Below, in pieces: positions 20,443 to 33,825 of a stretch of DNA of 64,000 nt (its first letter is position 1; each line of letters begins with the position of its first letter). Location of the stretch: assembly GCA_051530055.1 (NCBI GenBank), contig CM121342.1, positions 3,285,489-3,349,488 on the forward strand, read 5' to 3'. The position numbers were made by a program, and so were the translations under genes. The notes under the pieces were generated by a model. It was not told where the DNA came from and made no database searches. It saw nothing but the letters and a program-made list of their open reading frames with translations. Origin of the DNA: Neoechinorhynchus agilis. Its lineage: Eukaryota; Animalia; Acanthocephala.

Positions 20443-23400
20443 CTATTCGTAATCGTACACAAAAGATGGACCCTCTCGGATATTTTCATTTAAAACGTAT
20501 GTACTGTCCTCGGTCTCGTGAGGGACATCCATTTCATTGATCGATGTTACATGTTTAAATAGTTCACTAAGTTCGTATTCTTTTGTAAGATCCGAATCCT
20601 TTTCATCTTTTAATATCTCCTTACAAATGTGTGAGCAATAATTGAGGCAATTCGTTAATGCATAGACCGTAGGATCATTCAAATTTATATCATTAATGTT
20701 TACTTTGCACTGAATTTTGCATTGTCGGTCACAGAATCGGTTAATCAGCTTCAAATGCAATCGCGTTTGGCCAGCACTATCTCTTTTCGAAAGCTTCAAA
20801 ATCGATTGGATTTTAGTGGTAATCAGGTCGCTCATTCTTGGTACACTGTTAAAATTTACTGATTCGGAATTCGCGTTTGGCATTTCAGATGTATTACTCA
20901 CCGTCGGTTTCGCATCCTTCGATTTAGCAACGACCTTATCGCTGGGCAGCAAGCTGAGATCTTTTTCAAATATATTCACGTTTTGATCATCGGATAATTC
21001 ATTGACGTCAGAATGAACTTCCTCAGATTCCAGGCTTTCTTTGAACTTGTGAACAATAGATTCATCCTTAACCGTCTTTGTAGAATTTGCTTCAGCTTGA
21101 TTTAATTTACTACCGATTTGCTCATTAAAATCAAATTTTTCAGATCGGTCACTTAATTTTTCGTCCAATGAATTTTTGAGTTCATTTGTGCTTTTTTGAT
21201 TTGTTACTTTATCTGAAAAAAATGATCCGATTAATTTCTTTTTCGTCCTGGTCCAACTTTGAATTTCTTTTTCGTCCTGGTCCAACTTTTTGAGGAAGAT
21301 GCTGTTTTTTCTACTTTAATTATCATTTGCTCCCCTTCTCCATTTATTGACGTCTGAATTTCAGGAAATGGCAATTCGTTCATTATCGAAGTTTCAGATT
21401 CGATCTTTGATGTGGCACTGTCCGGCGATTCTGTCCTTAGTTCAGATTCTACATCTCCGGCTCTGTCGTATATCGCATCGATATTGTTGGAGATTTCAGT
21501 ATCTTCACTATTCCCTGGTACAGTCAAATTCTGTTCATATTTTTTTGCTTCTTCAATTGTAATAATTTCCGTTCTCAACCGTTCATCTCGAGCTTTAACC
21601 TGTAGACAAATTTCGTTTGCTACTTCAGGATTAAGATTCTCGTTTAGGTCGAAATGATTTGCTGATGGCAAAGTATAGATTTCGGCCAGCACCCCGAGAA
21701 CGAGGGAACCATCTTTGCTTTCGATTGCACCCGTTTTGCGAGCTTTCAGTTTGAAATCCTTAGAAATGTACGTTTCCTCAGTTTTGAAAGAAGATGATTT
21801 ATCGGCCTTTAAGGTAACTGCTTTGTCATTTATTTGCCGTGTTTCTATTATCAAAGATTGTGTCATTAAACTTTTGCTGTCCATGATGGAGGCAGATCCC
21901 TTCTCAATTTGTAGATTCGATTCGGTCAATATATAGTTTCTGTGCTGTCGTTCGTAACTTCCAAATTGAACGCATTTTATCGAACAAAGTTTGAGGCATC
22001 GCTGTCGGCATTCATTTAAGCGTTCTAAGCCGTTCGATTTCTCAATCATTCGGATTCCCCACATTTTCTTGTAGGTTTTTGGACAAACAAGACGTTTATG
22101 AAAATCTGCGCTAATTAGGTTATATTCACCATTTTCGTTCGTACCTTTCTTTTCTTTGTTATATCCAGGATTTTCGAACCTGTAACTTAGTTCAAACCGA
22201 GTTCGTTGTGGGAGTGACGGGGATGTTCGGGGGCTGTTCGGTTATTGTCATCCTCCGACAGTTTCGCAAAAGGAGACAGCGAGACGCTACAAATACTCCG
22301 GTCGAAGCACCCATGTAGAAGCGGAAGTTTTGAAATTCCATCTCCTCCCATACAAGACAGGACGCCCACTCAAATTTCAGAGTTACAAAAGGCCATCTCA
22401 TCTTTTGCAAATGGTTCGGGTCACGGGTTTGACGGACTAAGGCCTCAGCACCTAAAGGACATGATGTCCTTTTCAACTGGTGAAGCAGCTCTCTCTCTAG
22501 GAAGTGCGCTTTCTCGAATAGTCGACCGCCTGACTGGAGAGGACCTGAGCCCCGTTGCAAGGGACCTATTTTTCGGAGCCTCATTGTGTGCCCTCACAAA
22601 AAAAGAAGGTGGGATCCGTCCCATCGCTGTATCTTCGATGATACGCCGACTCGCAGGAAAAATTCTCTGCAAACGTATTACAGAGAAAACCGGAAAGCAA
22701 CTTCGTCCAGTCCAACTGGGCTGCTGCACATCCTGCGGGGCGGAAGCTATTGTCCACTCGCTCCGAAACTTTGCTACGAGAAGCTCAGAGCCGTGCGTGA
22801 TTCTTAAGTGCGATTTTCGGAACGCCTTTAACTCTCTCAATAGAGAAAGCATGTTCTGCGCAATTAGGGATCACGCACCAGAAGCCTTCCAGTATTTTCT
22901 CAATGCCTACGGGACGGCGACTCCTCTGCTTTTCGAAGACCATCTCATTTGGTTCGAAAGAGGAGTGCAGCAAGGAGATCCCCTCGGTCCAATCGCATTC
23001 TCCCTAACAGTAAATCCAATAGCGCATTCTCTCGATTCCAGCTTCAACGCTTGGTACTTGGGTGACGCTACGCTCGGAGGTGATCCCTCCGTTGTACTGC
23101 GCGATTTGGAGACGCCTATTAGGGAGACCTCGAAGATGGGCATTGAGCTTAATGCTGGAAAATGTGAGCTCCTTGTACTGAATATTGGAGACGCCGCCAA
23201 AGTCAAAGAACTAATGGCTGGGTTCGAGGCCGTAGCTCCAGGCCTGAAACTCGTGACTCGGGAACAACTCAGCCTCCTAGGCAGTTGCGTCTTCGATTCA
23301 AATGTGGAAGATGAGATCGGCCATATCATACCGAAACTTTCGTTGCTGTGCGATAGGGTGTGCGCTCTCTCGGCTCATGAAGCCTTGTTTCTCATAAAGA

Positions 23401-25290
23401 ACGCGCTCTTCATCCTCAAATTATTGTACAAGGTTCGCACAGCAACATTTTTCAAACATAAGGAAGGATTGGTAAGCTCGACCGCAAGGTGAGGGCTGCT
23501 CTCAGATGAGGCGTGGCGACAAGCTTCTTTGCCTGTGTCATCTGGGGGATTGGGAATTCGGGCACTAGTGGACCTTGCTTTGCCGGCCTTTCTTGGATCG
23601 TTTGAGGGGAGCCTACCAGTCTCGAAGAACATTTTGAAGGAAAAGTTCTGTCTTGACCGGGATTTCGTGGTGGCGGTTGAGGAATGGTGCCAGCAGACCG
23701 GCGCTAACCATGTTCCCGTGAATGGCCTCAGACAGTCAATCTGGACGGACCTCTTGCCTGGAGAGCTCACAGCTCTCTACTTTCCGGTTCTCGCGATGGG
23801 GTCGTCCGAGCTAGACTGTTGGCAGTTTCAACACGAGAATCTGGGGCGTGGTTGGAGGCTGGTCCTCTGGCATCAGTGGGAACTCTTCTTACTGACGGCG
23901 AACTTCCCGAACATCCTGGAACCCGCCCACCTCTGTAGACTAGACGGCCGTAGACCCGATGGAATTTCGGTCTTCCCGTGGCGGGATGGCAAATGCCTTC
24001 TTTGGGACGCCACGTGTGTGGATACCCTCGCAGCCAGCAACATCCCCTACTCCCTCGAAATCGCCGGTGGTGCCGCCAGTGCAGCGGAAGGGAGGAAAAT
24101 ACGGAAATATCTTCACTTATCGAGGGCTCACTATTTTGTCCCCTTTGGGGTAGAGACGTATGGAGCGCTCGGCAGCTCGGCACTCTCTCTGCTCCAGGAT
24201 CTCTCGAAGAAATTGAGAGAGGCAACCGAAGACTCAAGAGCAGGCGTATTCCTTCGACAAAATATCTCGCTAGCAGTACAACGGGGCAATGCTGCCAGCG
24301 TGATGGCGACGGTCGAGGAAGGGCAAAAGCCGGAATTCGGCGGGAGGTGGTGAGTGTGTTAATTGTCGAGAGATGAAGATTGATTGAAATAAAATATTTT
24401 CGACTTTCCTCTGCTAAAAGCAACCTTTCCGTGTTTCGATAGCCGAGAATAGTCGCCAAGGCACGTTTGCCGGCATTTATCAGTGCAAAGCTCAGTTCTC
24501 AAAGTCCTTGACTTTTCGATCGAATTTATCTTATTACCACTGGTTCGCTTGCAGTTTACGTTTCGCGAATATAATCGATTTGAAGCTGTATTTTCTCTTG
24601 TAAGGACGTTGACGTGCTTCTCATTCAGTGGTATTTGAAGCGTCGGTAGCTTTCTTGCATTGCAGATAAAATTCAACTCTCTGAGCTTCGTCCATTTACT
24701 TTGTAACTCTTCGACTTCGTTGATTTGAACACGGCACATTCCGTAACATTTGTCATCGAATGAATAACTCAACTCGTTATTAATATAGAAATTATAGCCT
24801 TTTGAAACCTCCGTAAATCCCTTGGTCATGGCCGTGTTATTCTGTGAAGTGTCTACTGCTACATTTTCGCTAATAATGCTGCTTTCTATAAATACATTTT
24901 GGCAAGGGCGAGTTTCATTTCCCAGTTTCCGTATAATATCCAGAAAATCTTCGATATCAACTTTTCCACCATTTTGTTGTTCATTCATTAATCGAATATC
25001 AGCGGTAATTGTTTTCGGCCTTAGCAAGAACGAAATGTGGAACTCCTGAAAGTTGACTTGGAAATAGATCGCTACTTCTGTATTCAATCTACTTAAACTT
25101 CTATTCTTAGTCGTTTTCGTTACATAGTAAAAAATTAGCTTCGGTCTCCGAAAAACTGCAAGCGCATTTTGATTTGATCGTGGAGATACCCCTTCAAATT
25201 TGATTTCGTTAGCGAAATTTAATAACTAAAATACAAGACATCGCCTTTCGATACTCGTCCAAGACATGCGAGAATATAAGATTTATCTTT
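20443..25290 (-). pseudogene. Disrupted copy of G3 (966-aa gene at 41994-44894)
   Basis: ORFs 24359-25087, 21231-22064 and 20443-21285 are colinear pieces of G3. It is broken by a CRE-B insertion (22216-24402) and a 29-bp tandem duplication (21233-21289), and 5'-truncated near 25290. Confidence 0.9.
22216..24402 (+). mobile_element. CRE-like non-LTR retrotransposon family B, 5'-truncated, RT + RLE, few lesions
   Basis: 415-aa ORF with LRPQHLKDM, GGIRPIAV, DFRNAFNS, GVQQGDPLGP, WYLGD (RT); downstream ORF with RRPDG, WDATCVDT, QNISLAVQRGNA; 3' AATAAAA. The zinc-knuckle region is deleted. Confidence 0.92.
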
Positions 25291-25304
25291 AGCTAAAACA
25301 TTTT

Positions 25305-25386
25305 CTTTTATTTTTTCGGTGCCCTCTGAAGCGTCCGCTCGGACACTGTACTCGTCATTGGGCTTTGGCCTGAGGCCGCAACTTAC
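25305..25386 (-). ncRNA. Candidate kink-turn structured RNA, family X copy 2
   Basis: Reverse complement of the 6692-6773 motif (core 25321-25363); loop reads GAGC. Confidence 0.45.
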
Positions 25387-25719
25387 TGTAAATTGTTTCG
25401 AGATAGAAGTGAAAGTTAGAAAGCTGTTTTTCGCAGTGAGAGTTCGTTAGCGAAAATCGATGCTCTTTTGATGTTCTTTGAAAAGTGAGCTTTACCTTAA
25501 CTCACGGAGAAAAACTTCTTGCGCTCTTCGCTATCTATGATCTCGTCAATAAACACCTTACCTTGAAAGTTGCGGCGAATCCAACAGAGCTTAAAAACTA
25601 AAATTATGCTTAATTTTTTCCGTCGAATACAAGGCTCTATGAATTTTTGCTAAAAACCAAAGTGAGTGAAATGTAAAAATCGTTAAAATCAATCGTGCAT
25701 TCATAGATAGTTAAGTCAA

Positions 25720-26700
25720 GAGTTTCCATTGTACAACCACATTTCTTTGAACTTTTCTCTCAGTTGAGAGGTCGTTCTTTCCAGCATTGTTGGTTTTCGT
25801 TTTTGTTCTCCTTTCCCAGCGTCTTGAATCTCTGCTCACACTGTCCTCCCACCTCTTCTTGGGCCTCCCGCTTCTCGTTTTCCCCTCGAGTTCGATTCTC
25901 CATGCGCTCTTAACCCAGGCGTCTTCATTTGCTTGTGTCACCTGCAGGTACCATCGCATCCACCTCTTTACGATTGCCTCCTCGATCGGCTCGGCATTAA
26001 ACAGCTTTCGCACCTCCTTATTGGGCACTCGATCCTTGCGTGTCAATCCTGCGGACCATCTAGGCATCCGCATTTCGTTGACGGCTAATCGTTGAACGTC
26101 TTCCTTCTTCGTATCCCACTTCTCCGCTCCGTGGTGCATGGCGGGCCGCACTACTTCATTGTACACCCGCCATTTCGGGAGACGCTTATCGCAAGGGATG
26201 CCTGTTGTCTTCCTCCAGTTGTTCCACCCGCATTGAACCCTTTGTCTGATCTCTGGTTCGAGCTCACATTGCATGTTCAACATGCTGCCAAAATGTTTGA
26301 AGTTGTTCATCTTTTTGATGTGAGTTCCGTGCATATCGAGGTTACCCGGCCCCATTTATTTCGTTTTGCGCCTGCTCACTCTCAGTCCTTTGCTCTCCAA
26401 TCGTTGTCGCCAACTCTTCAGCAAACACTTGAGCGTGTCCACGTCTCTAGCTGTGAGCACCAAATCGTCCGCGAATAGTGTCGTCCATCGCGGGTTCATT
26501 TCTCTTTCCGCATTTCCTAGGACGTCCATCACAATCGTGAACAAGAATGGGCTCAGGGCCGAACCCTGTTGCAGACCCACGGAGACTCGGAAATAGTCGA
26601 TGGATCCGCTTTTGCATCGCCCGCAGGTGTAGCATTCTCGATAAATCGCTCGGATCGCGGCGACATAATTTTCGGGACAATTCCTTTTTCTGAGGCAAAG
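25720..26700 (-). mobile_element. RTE1 fragment, longest copy
   Basis: GLQQGSALSP, LFADD, and a 214-aa ORF with RQRVQCGWNNWR...WSAGLTRKDRVPNKEVR...RGRPKKRWED; contains ~290 bp missing from the 5.7-kb and 52-kb copies. Confidence 0.88.
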
Positions 26701-27229
26701 TTCAGCTCATAATGGCTGTAAAGGATCAAAGATGCTAAATGGGACCGGATATGCTCCAAGACCAAGAAAATTCGGCATCTACTATACACAGTCTCCAATT
26801 AGCAGCATTATGCACACTGGAACCAAATGCAACTCAAGTCATCACTCGCACCTACGCCTATGCTTTTTCGAGGCAATAAAAAAAGTTAACGATATTTTAC
26901 AGGTCATTTCAGGTGAATGGTCATTCATAGAAAATAACTTAAAGACCGCTTTTTCAGACACATCAGAATATTTCATAACGGAACACCAACGCTTGAAAGG
27001 GTTTTTTCTACAGTCGATCGACAGCATTTTATTAAAAATCAATAGAGACTTCTTGTTCGAAGAATGAAGATCAAAATAATCAAGATTCCATTGATCCGTG
27101 GCCTCAAGCATTGATGTGAATTATAGAGATTTGAGAAAGTTGGATGAGAATGTTTTAGATGCAGCGGACAGGCGACTGTACGCCATGGTAATGGGGCAGC
27201 AGACAAACCAACATGGAATCGATTTAGAA

Positions 27230-27540
27230 AATCAGCCGGCAGATTGGTGCTGAGCCGGGCACTTGTTACGCGTTGACGACGGACGTAAACCTGATAGGGT
27301 GACCGCATTTCCGTGGTGGAAAACTAAATGCCACCTCTGGGGCGCCATTTCTGTCGATATACTCGCAGCCAGCAATCTCACGTTCTCGGTTGTTGAGCGC
27401 TGCGGAAGGAGGGAAAACGGCGAAATACCTTGATTTAGCCCGGGTTCATGTGTTTGTGCCGTTTCGGGTTGCGACCTACAGATCTCTTGGTAGCAAGGCT
27501 CTTCAACTCCTGAGGGATGTGAAGCGACGCCTTCAGCCGA
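27230..27540 (+). mobile_element. Deleted 3' fragment of CRE-like family A
   Basis: Matches ~16030-16420 with internal deletions; a second copy is at ~53290-53612. Confidence 0.75.
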
Positions 27541-27984
27541 ATGCATACCTAAACAATAATTCATGATGCTTTATTCTTTGGACGTAAATATCGGCAGCTA
27601 AGCCAAATACGACATTTTGTGTTTTATGGACTTTTGTTTTCCCAGTAATCAATAGCGCAATGATCTTCATTCGCAAAAATGATCTAAAATTACAACTAAA
27701 TTTTTTTGAAAAATACAAACATACTTATAATTTTTGATTTACCATCGTCACGGAAAAAAGAATTAAATTCTACAAAATATCATTTTATATTATCCAAGTT
27801 TGCATAAAATTCATTTGGAATTTAAATAATTGAAAAACTGCGTTTAATTTCCTATTGATAAAGACGACCAATTCAAATTGAGTAAAGCAACAATTCTTTA
27901 TATCCAAGTAATGAATTTCATCTTATGAACACAGAGTATTAAACAACGAAATTTTATTGAATATTTCGAATGAGCAACGGCCAA

Positions 27985-28057
27985 CCCGAGATAGCTCAGT
28001 TGGTAGAGCGGAGGACTGTAGATCCTTAGGCCGCTGGTTCAAATCCGGCTCTCGGGA
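27985..28057 (+). tRNA. trnY: tRNA-Tyr(GTA), intronless, fully paired cloverleaf
   Basis: CCCGAGA TA GCTC AGTTGGTA GAGC G GAGGA CTGTAGA TCCTT AGGCC GCTGG TTCAAAT CCGGC TCTCGGG A; C1:G72 and A73 are Tyr identity elements. Confidence 0.95.
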
Positions 28058-28323
28058 ATGGAACGGCGATTAAGGTTTCAATAGCGATTTATGTGAATTC
28101 GAAACCGGGATTGATCTCGGTACATACAAAAATTTAACACCGAACGCAACATATTTGGGAAACTGCGTCCCGACCTATCATCATCGCACCAAACAATTTT
28201 ATTTTTCACTTTCGAAAAGTCTTATTAACTTTTCTCGTTCGATGTGACCTTAACCGCATTTTCACTAATGTTGCTTTCTATTAGGAAAGACAGTTTCTTG
28301 CTGTTGCTCGGTGCAAATTCTAT

Positions 28324-29793
28324 TCAATATTCAAACACATTGAAATCAGTTTTCTCTAAAAATTTATCAGTTCGTGGTACCCAAGAAAATCAACATTCTT
28401 ACTTGATGCTTTTAATTCCTCTTTTAGACTGAGAATCATGGCTAAAGTAAATACAAGATAATTAAGTCATTGGATTTGTTGTTCGGTATGAAACTCACCT
28501 TTCAACTCATTCAACTCCGAACGAGTATCTTGTTTAACCATTGAAGTTTCATTTTCAACAAGCTTGTCGGTATTCATGTTTGCTGGACGATCTAAAGATT
28601 CGTAATTGTCCTCGGTTCCAACAATTTTAAGATACTAACATAAAGGCAGATCCACAGGGAGAACGGCAGAAGCTAAATTGTTTCCGGATGGAGCAAAAGG
28701 TTGTTGGAAGAAGTACTGGATAATTTGAACGGGTTGTTGGGTGAACAAGGTAGTCGGCATCGTAGAAGTTTCAGTGTTAATTTTTATTTCCTCCATCGGT
28801 GCATTAGTCGTTGTTAAATATTCGGTGCTTGTTGTTTCTGTGAGCTTTGGCGCGTTCGTATTCATTGAGGCTATATTCAAACTTGAATTCGTTGTTGGAT
28901 AGTCATCAAATATAATTTTTGGTTTTACATCAGCGCCTTTGAGTATTGATTTGTGCTCCATTCCTTGAGTCTTTGGGCTCGCCTCTTCGTCTGTACTCTT
29001 TGTGTTTTGTGGAGACGGCACCTCTACTTTGCGTGCCTGAGATGCCAATGTTTGTGTTCCATATCCCTTGTACCTGTCATTCCACCCTGATGGATAATTT
29101 TGATTCCACCAGTTATTTCCCCATTGATTGTGACCGAAATCGTATGACGGGGAGTTTGTTATTTCTGCACTGGGAGACGTCGAACTCATTACTGGTTTGG
29201 CCATAGCCATAGAATTGCCAGTTAAGCTTTTCATTTCGATTGGTCCGTTTCTGGTGAAGATCCGACTTTCATCGGCGATCCCATTCCGGGTACTGATTCA
29301 CCAGACGAGGCGATGGGATAATTAGCCGGTCCTGACATTGGATTTGGTGTCGATACAGGTAATAATGGCGATCCACCGTACATTTTATTGATGGAGGTCA
29401 ATGGTCCGTTGATTGCAGTCTGTGGATCCTTCTTGTCTGCTTGGTTTAGATAATTAATAAGCTTTTCCATGTCGCCATTCCCAACGATATCCGAATCGGG
29501 TTTCTCATCGATGGTAATGCCAATCAGCTTTGCGATACTACTTTTATCAGTCTCTAAACCGGGAGCAAATCAAATTTTTGCTATTAAATAACAGAAAATC
29601 TTACCTGTATTTAGTAAAGTTCCCCATTCTTTGCTGGGATACTTTATAAAGTACAAATCTCGGGCTATAAAAAAATAGAAATCAGGATAACGTCTACTTT
29701 CTAACCTGTTCTTTGTGACGGAAATATGAAAGATATAAACCAAATAAAAATAATCGTGGATATTGCGAGCATTTTGAAAGTCTTGAACGACAT
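28324..29793 (-). pseudogene. G1 copy 2, frameshifted in exon 3
   Basis: Same exon/intron layout as G1. A 1-nt deletion near 29245 (GAAACGGACC vs GAAACGGAACC) splits the ORF into 29231-29470 and 28635-29234. A sequencing error is possible. ~285 bp is deleted upstream of the TATA box. Confidence 0.8.
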
Positions 29794-31039
29794 ATTCCAC
29801 AATTTATCACAAGCTCTGAATAGCAGCAAACAACATTTAAATGTATGTTTTTGCGATGCCTAAAGTAACAATCGTTAGTAAATACAGTTCGTCAACATTG
29901 ACGCTTGCTTGCATGATGGTGATTTGAATGGTTTCAAAAACTTTGAATAAGCTCGCATGTTGCCTTGAAGATCTTATATAGCATCCGTTTTGCCATGATG
30001 AGGTTAAAGTAATATTTCTCTCTAGAATGAATCGTATAACTTAAGACACCTTTTAAAAATAAACGACTTTTAGTTTATTTTTCGGCAAGCGAAACCAGTA
30101 CTGGTGTTATGGAAAGTTGTTTCCAAATAAACGCTGGAAGGTGCATTAATATACTGACCGCATTGCTCGAATAAATCCAATTTTTATATTGTAAATTTAA
30201 CCGATGTCAACCCAAGCTTGGAATTAAAGTCAAAGATTTATTCAAAAAAGTTGTTCAAAAATATTTAAACAAGGAACCGTTCATGAAACCCAACGATGCG
30301 ATAAAATATATCCAGAGTATCGCCAGTTTCTATCCTCAAAAATGTGCAAATATTTAAGTGCAACATTTCTAAACTTTTTGACTTACAAGAATGTGTTATT
30401 TTAAAGTAATCTCCATTGATTTCATCCTACTTTACGATCGGCACATTCTTAATTGCTTGGGTTCGAGGAAAATCGATATTTGCTACTGATGTGCGATGGC
30501 GTAGTATTTTTAAGACAAAATTAAAAACATTAATATAGAAAATGAAACCATCGCAAGAAGTGAAACTGATCGATGATGTTAACCTGAAGACTCTCTGCCA
30601 AAAAAGCGGAACCATTTAAAGTTCGGTTATCGAAAATATTTTTAGTTAATAGGAAATGGAATTATTTAGTTACCTTTGTGGATGTATTTTATCTGATAGG
30701 ATCAAACTTTTTAGAATATGCAACCTTGCAAACTTTTTAATGGGATAGATTTTGGCCTGATAAACGCATAACTCTTTTGTCCATTCATGTTTGAGACGTT
30801 GAAAATTAATAAAATACACTTTTTTCCCCAACTGTTAATATACGTGACAGAGAGTCTTATTTCCATGGATTTAAATCTTCGATACATTGCAATTAATAGT
30901 TTTTCTATCATTCTTTTTTAACAATTTTACCACAAAACAACAAATTAGGTTATGTACAATTTTGTCTTTATTTACAATGACACTATTTTATTTCGTGTTT
31001 TATCGCAAGTTGCTTTCACACATATTTTTTGTGACCGAA

Positions 31040-32270
31040 ATCTCCTGCTGGAGCCGAGGCGGCCGTACATGCATCACGAGCGAATAGTCGGAATGGTAGC
31101 CATAAAGGAACGGCCATGGTCAAGTTTGACATGGAGAACGCGTTCAATTCAATAAGCTGCACCGCGATGACAGAGGTTGTCCACCAGCACCGACGCAACA
31201 TGGAAACAGGCGATCCTTCCCATTCGATTCGGCGGTCTTGGCATCCAGAGTGCCACCGAATTAGCAATTATTGCATTTTCGTCATCGATTTCGGTCTCTT
31301 CAGACCTGGTGCTGAGAATCATCCAACCACACACTCGAATAGAGTCGCACCCACCACCTGAACTGATTGAAATGCACGCTCAATGGACATCAGTGTTCGG
31401 GCAGGTCGTTTTGACGGAAACAAACTCTCAAGAACGTTGGACTGCCTTGCTCCACACTGCGTATTATCAGCAGCTTCTCAACTCATGCTCATGTCCCACC
31501 GATTGAGCTAGTCTCCTGGCAGTCTCAGCTCCAAACTCCAGTGACTTGAAGGCTTTCCCGATCACGGCTGTTGGCACGAGGCTGGATGACCAAGCCATCA
31601 CCGTCGCAGTGGGACTTCGGTTGGGCATCCAATTCTCAGACTCATTTACATGTCGGTGCGGTGGAATAGTGAATAGGTCGAAAACTCACGGCCTTGACTG
31701 CAAGCGTTCAAATGCTCGCCGCGCACGGCACTCAGCAGTCAACCGCATAATCAAGGATGCCCTCTCAACGGCCGGTTTTCATGCTCAACTCGAACCAGTC
31801 GGACTCTCCCGGAACGACGGTAAACGCCCTGATGGAGCGACTCTCCTCCCATGGTGCTCCGGGAAAATACTGGTTTGGGATTTTACCTGCCCCAGCACGC
31901 TCGCAGGATCGCAGTTACGGGATGGCACCTCAAAGGCGGGAGCAGTCGCCAGCTTCAGCGAGGAAAAGAAGCGGCAGAAGTACTCCTCGCTCGATGGGCA
32001 TCAATATAATTTCATCCCGATTGCGGTGGATACACTGGGATGTCTCGGTAAAGAAGCCGATTATTTCCTTGCTCGACTGGGAAAGATACTGAAATATGCC
32101 ACCGGCGATATGCGCTCCAGCAGCTTCCTGCTGCAGCGAATCAGCGCGGCGATGCAACGTGGCAATGCCGTGGCCATCAAGGAAGCTGCCGAACAATCAT
32201 AACATATCCGTAATGCGGATTTGATATGACTGCGAAATGCATAAATAAAATATACATTTATATAATTTAC
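31040..32270 (+). mobile_element. CRE-like family C, internally deleted, RLE region and 3' end
   Basis: GAEAAVHA...KFDMENAFNSI joined directly to WKQAILPIRFGGLG; CRCGGIV...H...C, KRPDG, WDFTCP, QRISAAMQRGNA. Confidence 0.88.
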
Positions 32271-33466
32271 TGTTTTAATGAAACAAAAAATGCTCAATAA
32301 AATGGAGCTGCTTGTTGGTGCTAATGTTTCTGACAAAAATTATAGCTCTTCGTCATCAAATTACATGCCGCGTACACGATGATTGGCACCAACAATACGA
32401 GATTCCAAGACCAGCCAATCATTTTCTCCACCATTCCTTGATTCTTGGAATATTAAATAAATCACATTTTTTTGTAAAATAATTTACCAACAGAAGGCAA
32501 AGGTTCGCTTTAATGTGAAGAAAAATCTCACGAATAAAGCGGGGCGGACGGTTTGAAGGATCACCGAAATGAAAAGATTTGGTATGACAACGAATGTGTC
32601 TGTTAAAGATAAAAAGTAATAACCATCGTTTACTGCGGTTGGAATTGAAATAAAAAGACTCAACAAAACAACTCAGATTCTAATCCATCTTGAATATTGT
32701 TTAGGGCGTTTGGAGTATCCATCTAAGCCACGGTGAATCGTTTCCGTAATAGCAACGCTCGAACGGACCGGAAAAAAGGGAAAATAGCAGAAAATATTAA
32801 GATTATTAACTGCCTTTTGCGCTAATATTGTTATCTTTGTTATTGAACAGTCATCGTGTTCGAAATAGACTGTAATGTTTGGACTTTTTAAGCCTCATGT
32901 TATTTTGGTTTGTCTTCAGAATTTTGTTTGTACATGAAAAATGATGACCACAATTTTTAATTTTTGACTTTTGCTAATCGGAATTATTGTTTAGGTCTTC
33001 ACATGGTAAATGATTTTTTTTACGTCCGTCGAACTTCGGCGGGTTCATCAACAGTTAGTTAGTAATATTTGATTTACTAACTTACAAACTGATGATTAAC
33101 CCGACGAGGTTCGACGAATGTCTTTAACAAAAACCCGGCACCTTCTCAAATATCAAAATTATACCAATTACAGCAGCCAATCACATTTCAGGCATTGTTT
33201 GGTGTAAAATCTGTGCCCTGGATTTAATTATGATCTTCAAGGGTGCTAAATACCTTTAACTACTTTGCTGAAATACCAAGAATTATTAAAAAACTAAGCA
33301 ACTGATTATTTGTTTCAACAAAACGATATGCATAAATTTCTAATAATGAAATGCTTGTTGATCAGCGATAAATTGACTATAAACAATATTACTTGTTTTG
33401 AGACAATGCTTTCCGTTTTGCTTAAATCTCAAAGCTCAAGTGGAAAACACCTTACAAAATCCAAGT

Positions 33467-33478
33467 CTATATAAGATC
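33467..33478 (+). promoter_or_regulatory. TATA box (CTATATAAGATC) of G2 copy 1
   Basis: TATATAA 37 bp upstream of ATG 33505. Confidence 0.7.
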
Positions 33479-33504
33479 CGTATACGCTTACGTTCGATAA
33501 CGAA

Positions 33505-33825
33505 ATGAAAGTCGCAATCCTTCTACTTTTCGTCGTCTTTCTTTGTTTCTGTGAAAATATAACTGTCAAATCGAAAAATAAAGATGCAACAGTCGAATCT
33601 TCAGGTCAGATTGAGATCGCGGACATGGAGTCGAAGGGCAAATGGTTCAGTGAAGATGATATCTCAAAGGCGGATCTTGAGTTGCTGCAGAAGGACGACA
33701 AAATACCAAAAAAGATAGTTAATGGTAAATTCTTCTTCTGGGGATTCGTTCCATTCTTTCCATGGGGATTCCTTTATCCCTTTTACTATCCGTGCTTTCG
33801 GCCATTTATACCGTGTTGCTTTTAA
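33505..33825 (+). CDS. G2: 106-aa secreted peptide precursor (signal peptide, charged pro-region, aromatic/Pro/Cys C-terminus), copy 1
   Basis: MKVAILLLFVVFLCFC signal peptide; TATA box; ORF kept in two copies with synonymous differences; C-terminus FFFWGFVPFFPWGFLYPFYYPCFRPFIPCCF. Confidence 0.85.
   Translation: MKVAILLLFVVFLCFCENITVKSKNKDATVESSGQIEIADMESKGKWFSEDDISKADLELLQKDDKIPKKIVNGKFFFWGFVPFFPWGFLYPFYYPCFRPFIPCCF

Larger units (their letters stand above)
25290..32700. repeat. Segmental duplication, direct copy of ~51680-53975 plus ~58975-64000
   Basis: Same order E/X, RTE1, D, CRE-A 3' end, tRNA-Tyr, G1 (-), CRE-C; lacks the ~5-kb segment 53975-58975. Confidence 0.9.

Noticed and set aside
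23767-24459. Long antisense or alternate-frame ORFs over CRE and RTE elements (for example 23767-24459, 10979-11395, 22445-22852)
   Set aside because: They are shadows of GC-richer retroelement coding sequence with no independent motifs.
33085-33130. CTGATGA-hairpin-GAA motif (also 45435 and 17040-17065 rc) as a hammerhead
   Set aside because: It lacks GAAA and stems I/III. On the opposite strand both look like short exon ends (NLVGLIISL / NLDGFIISS) followed by GTAA donors.
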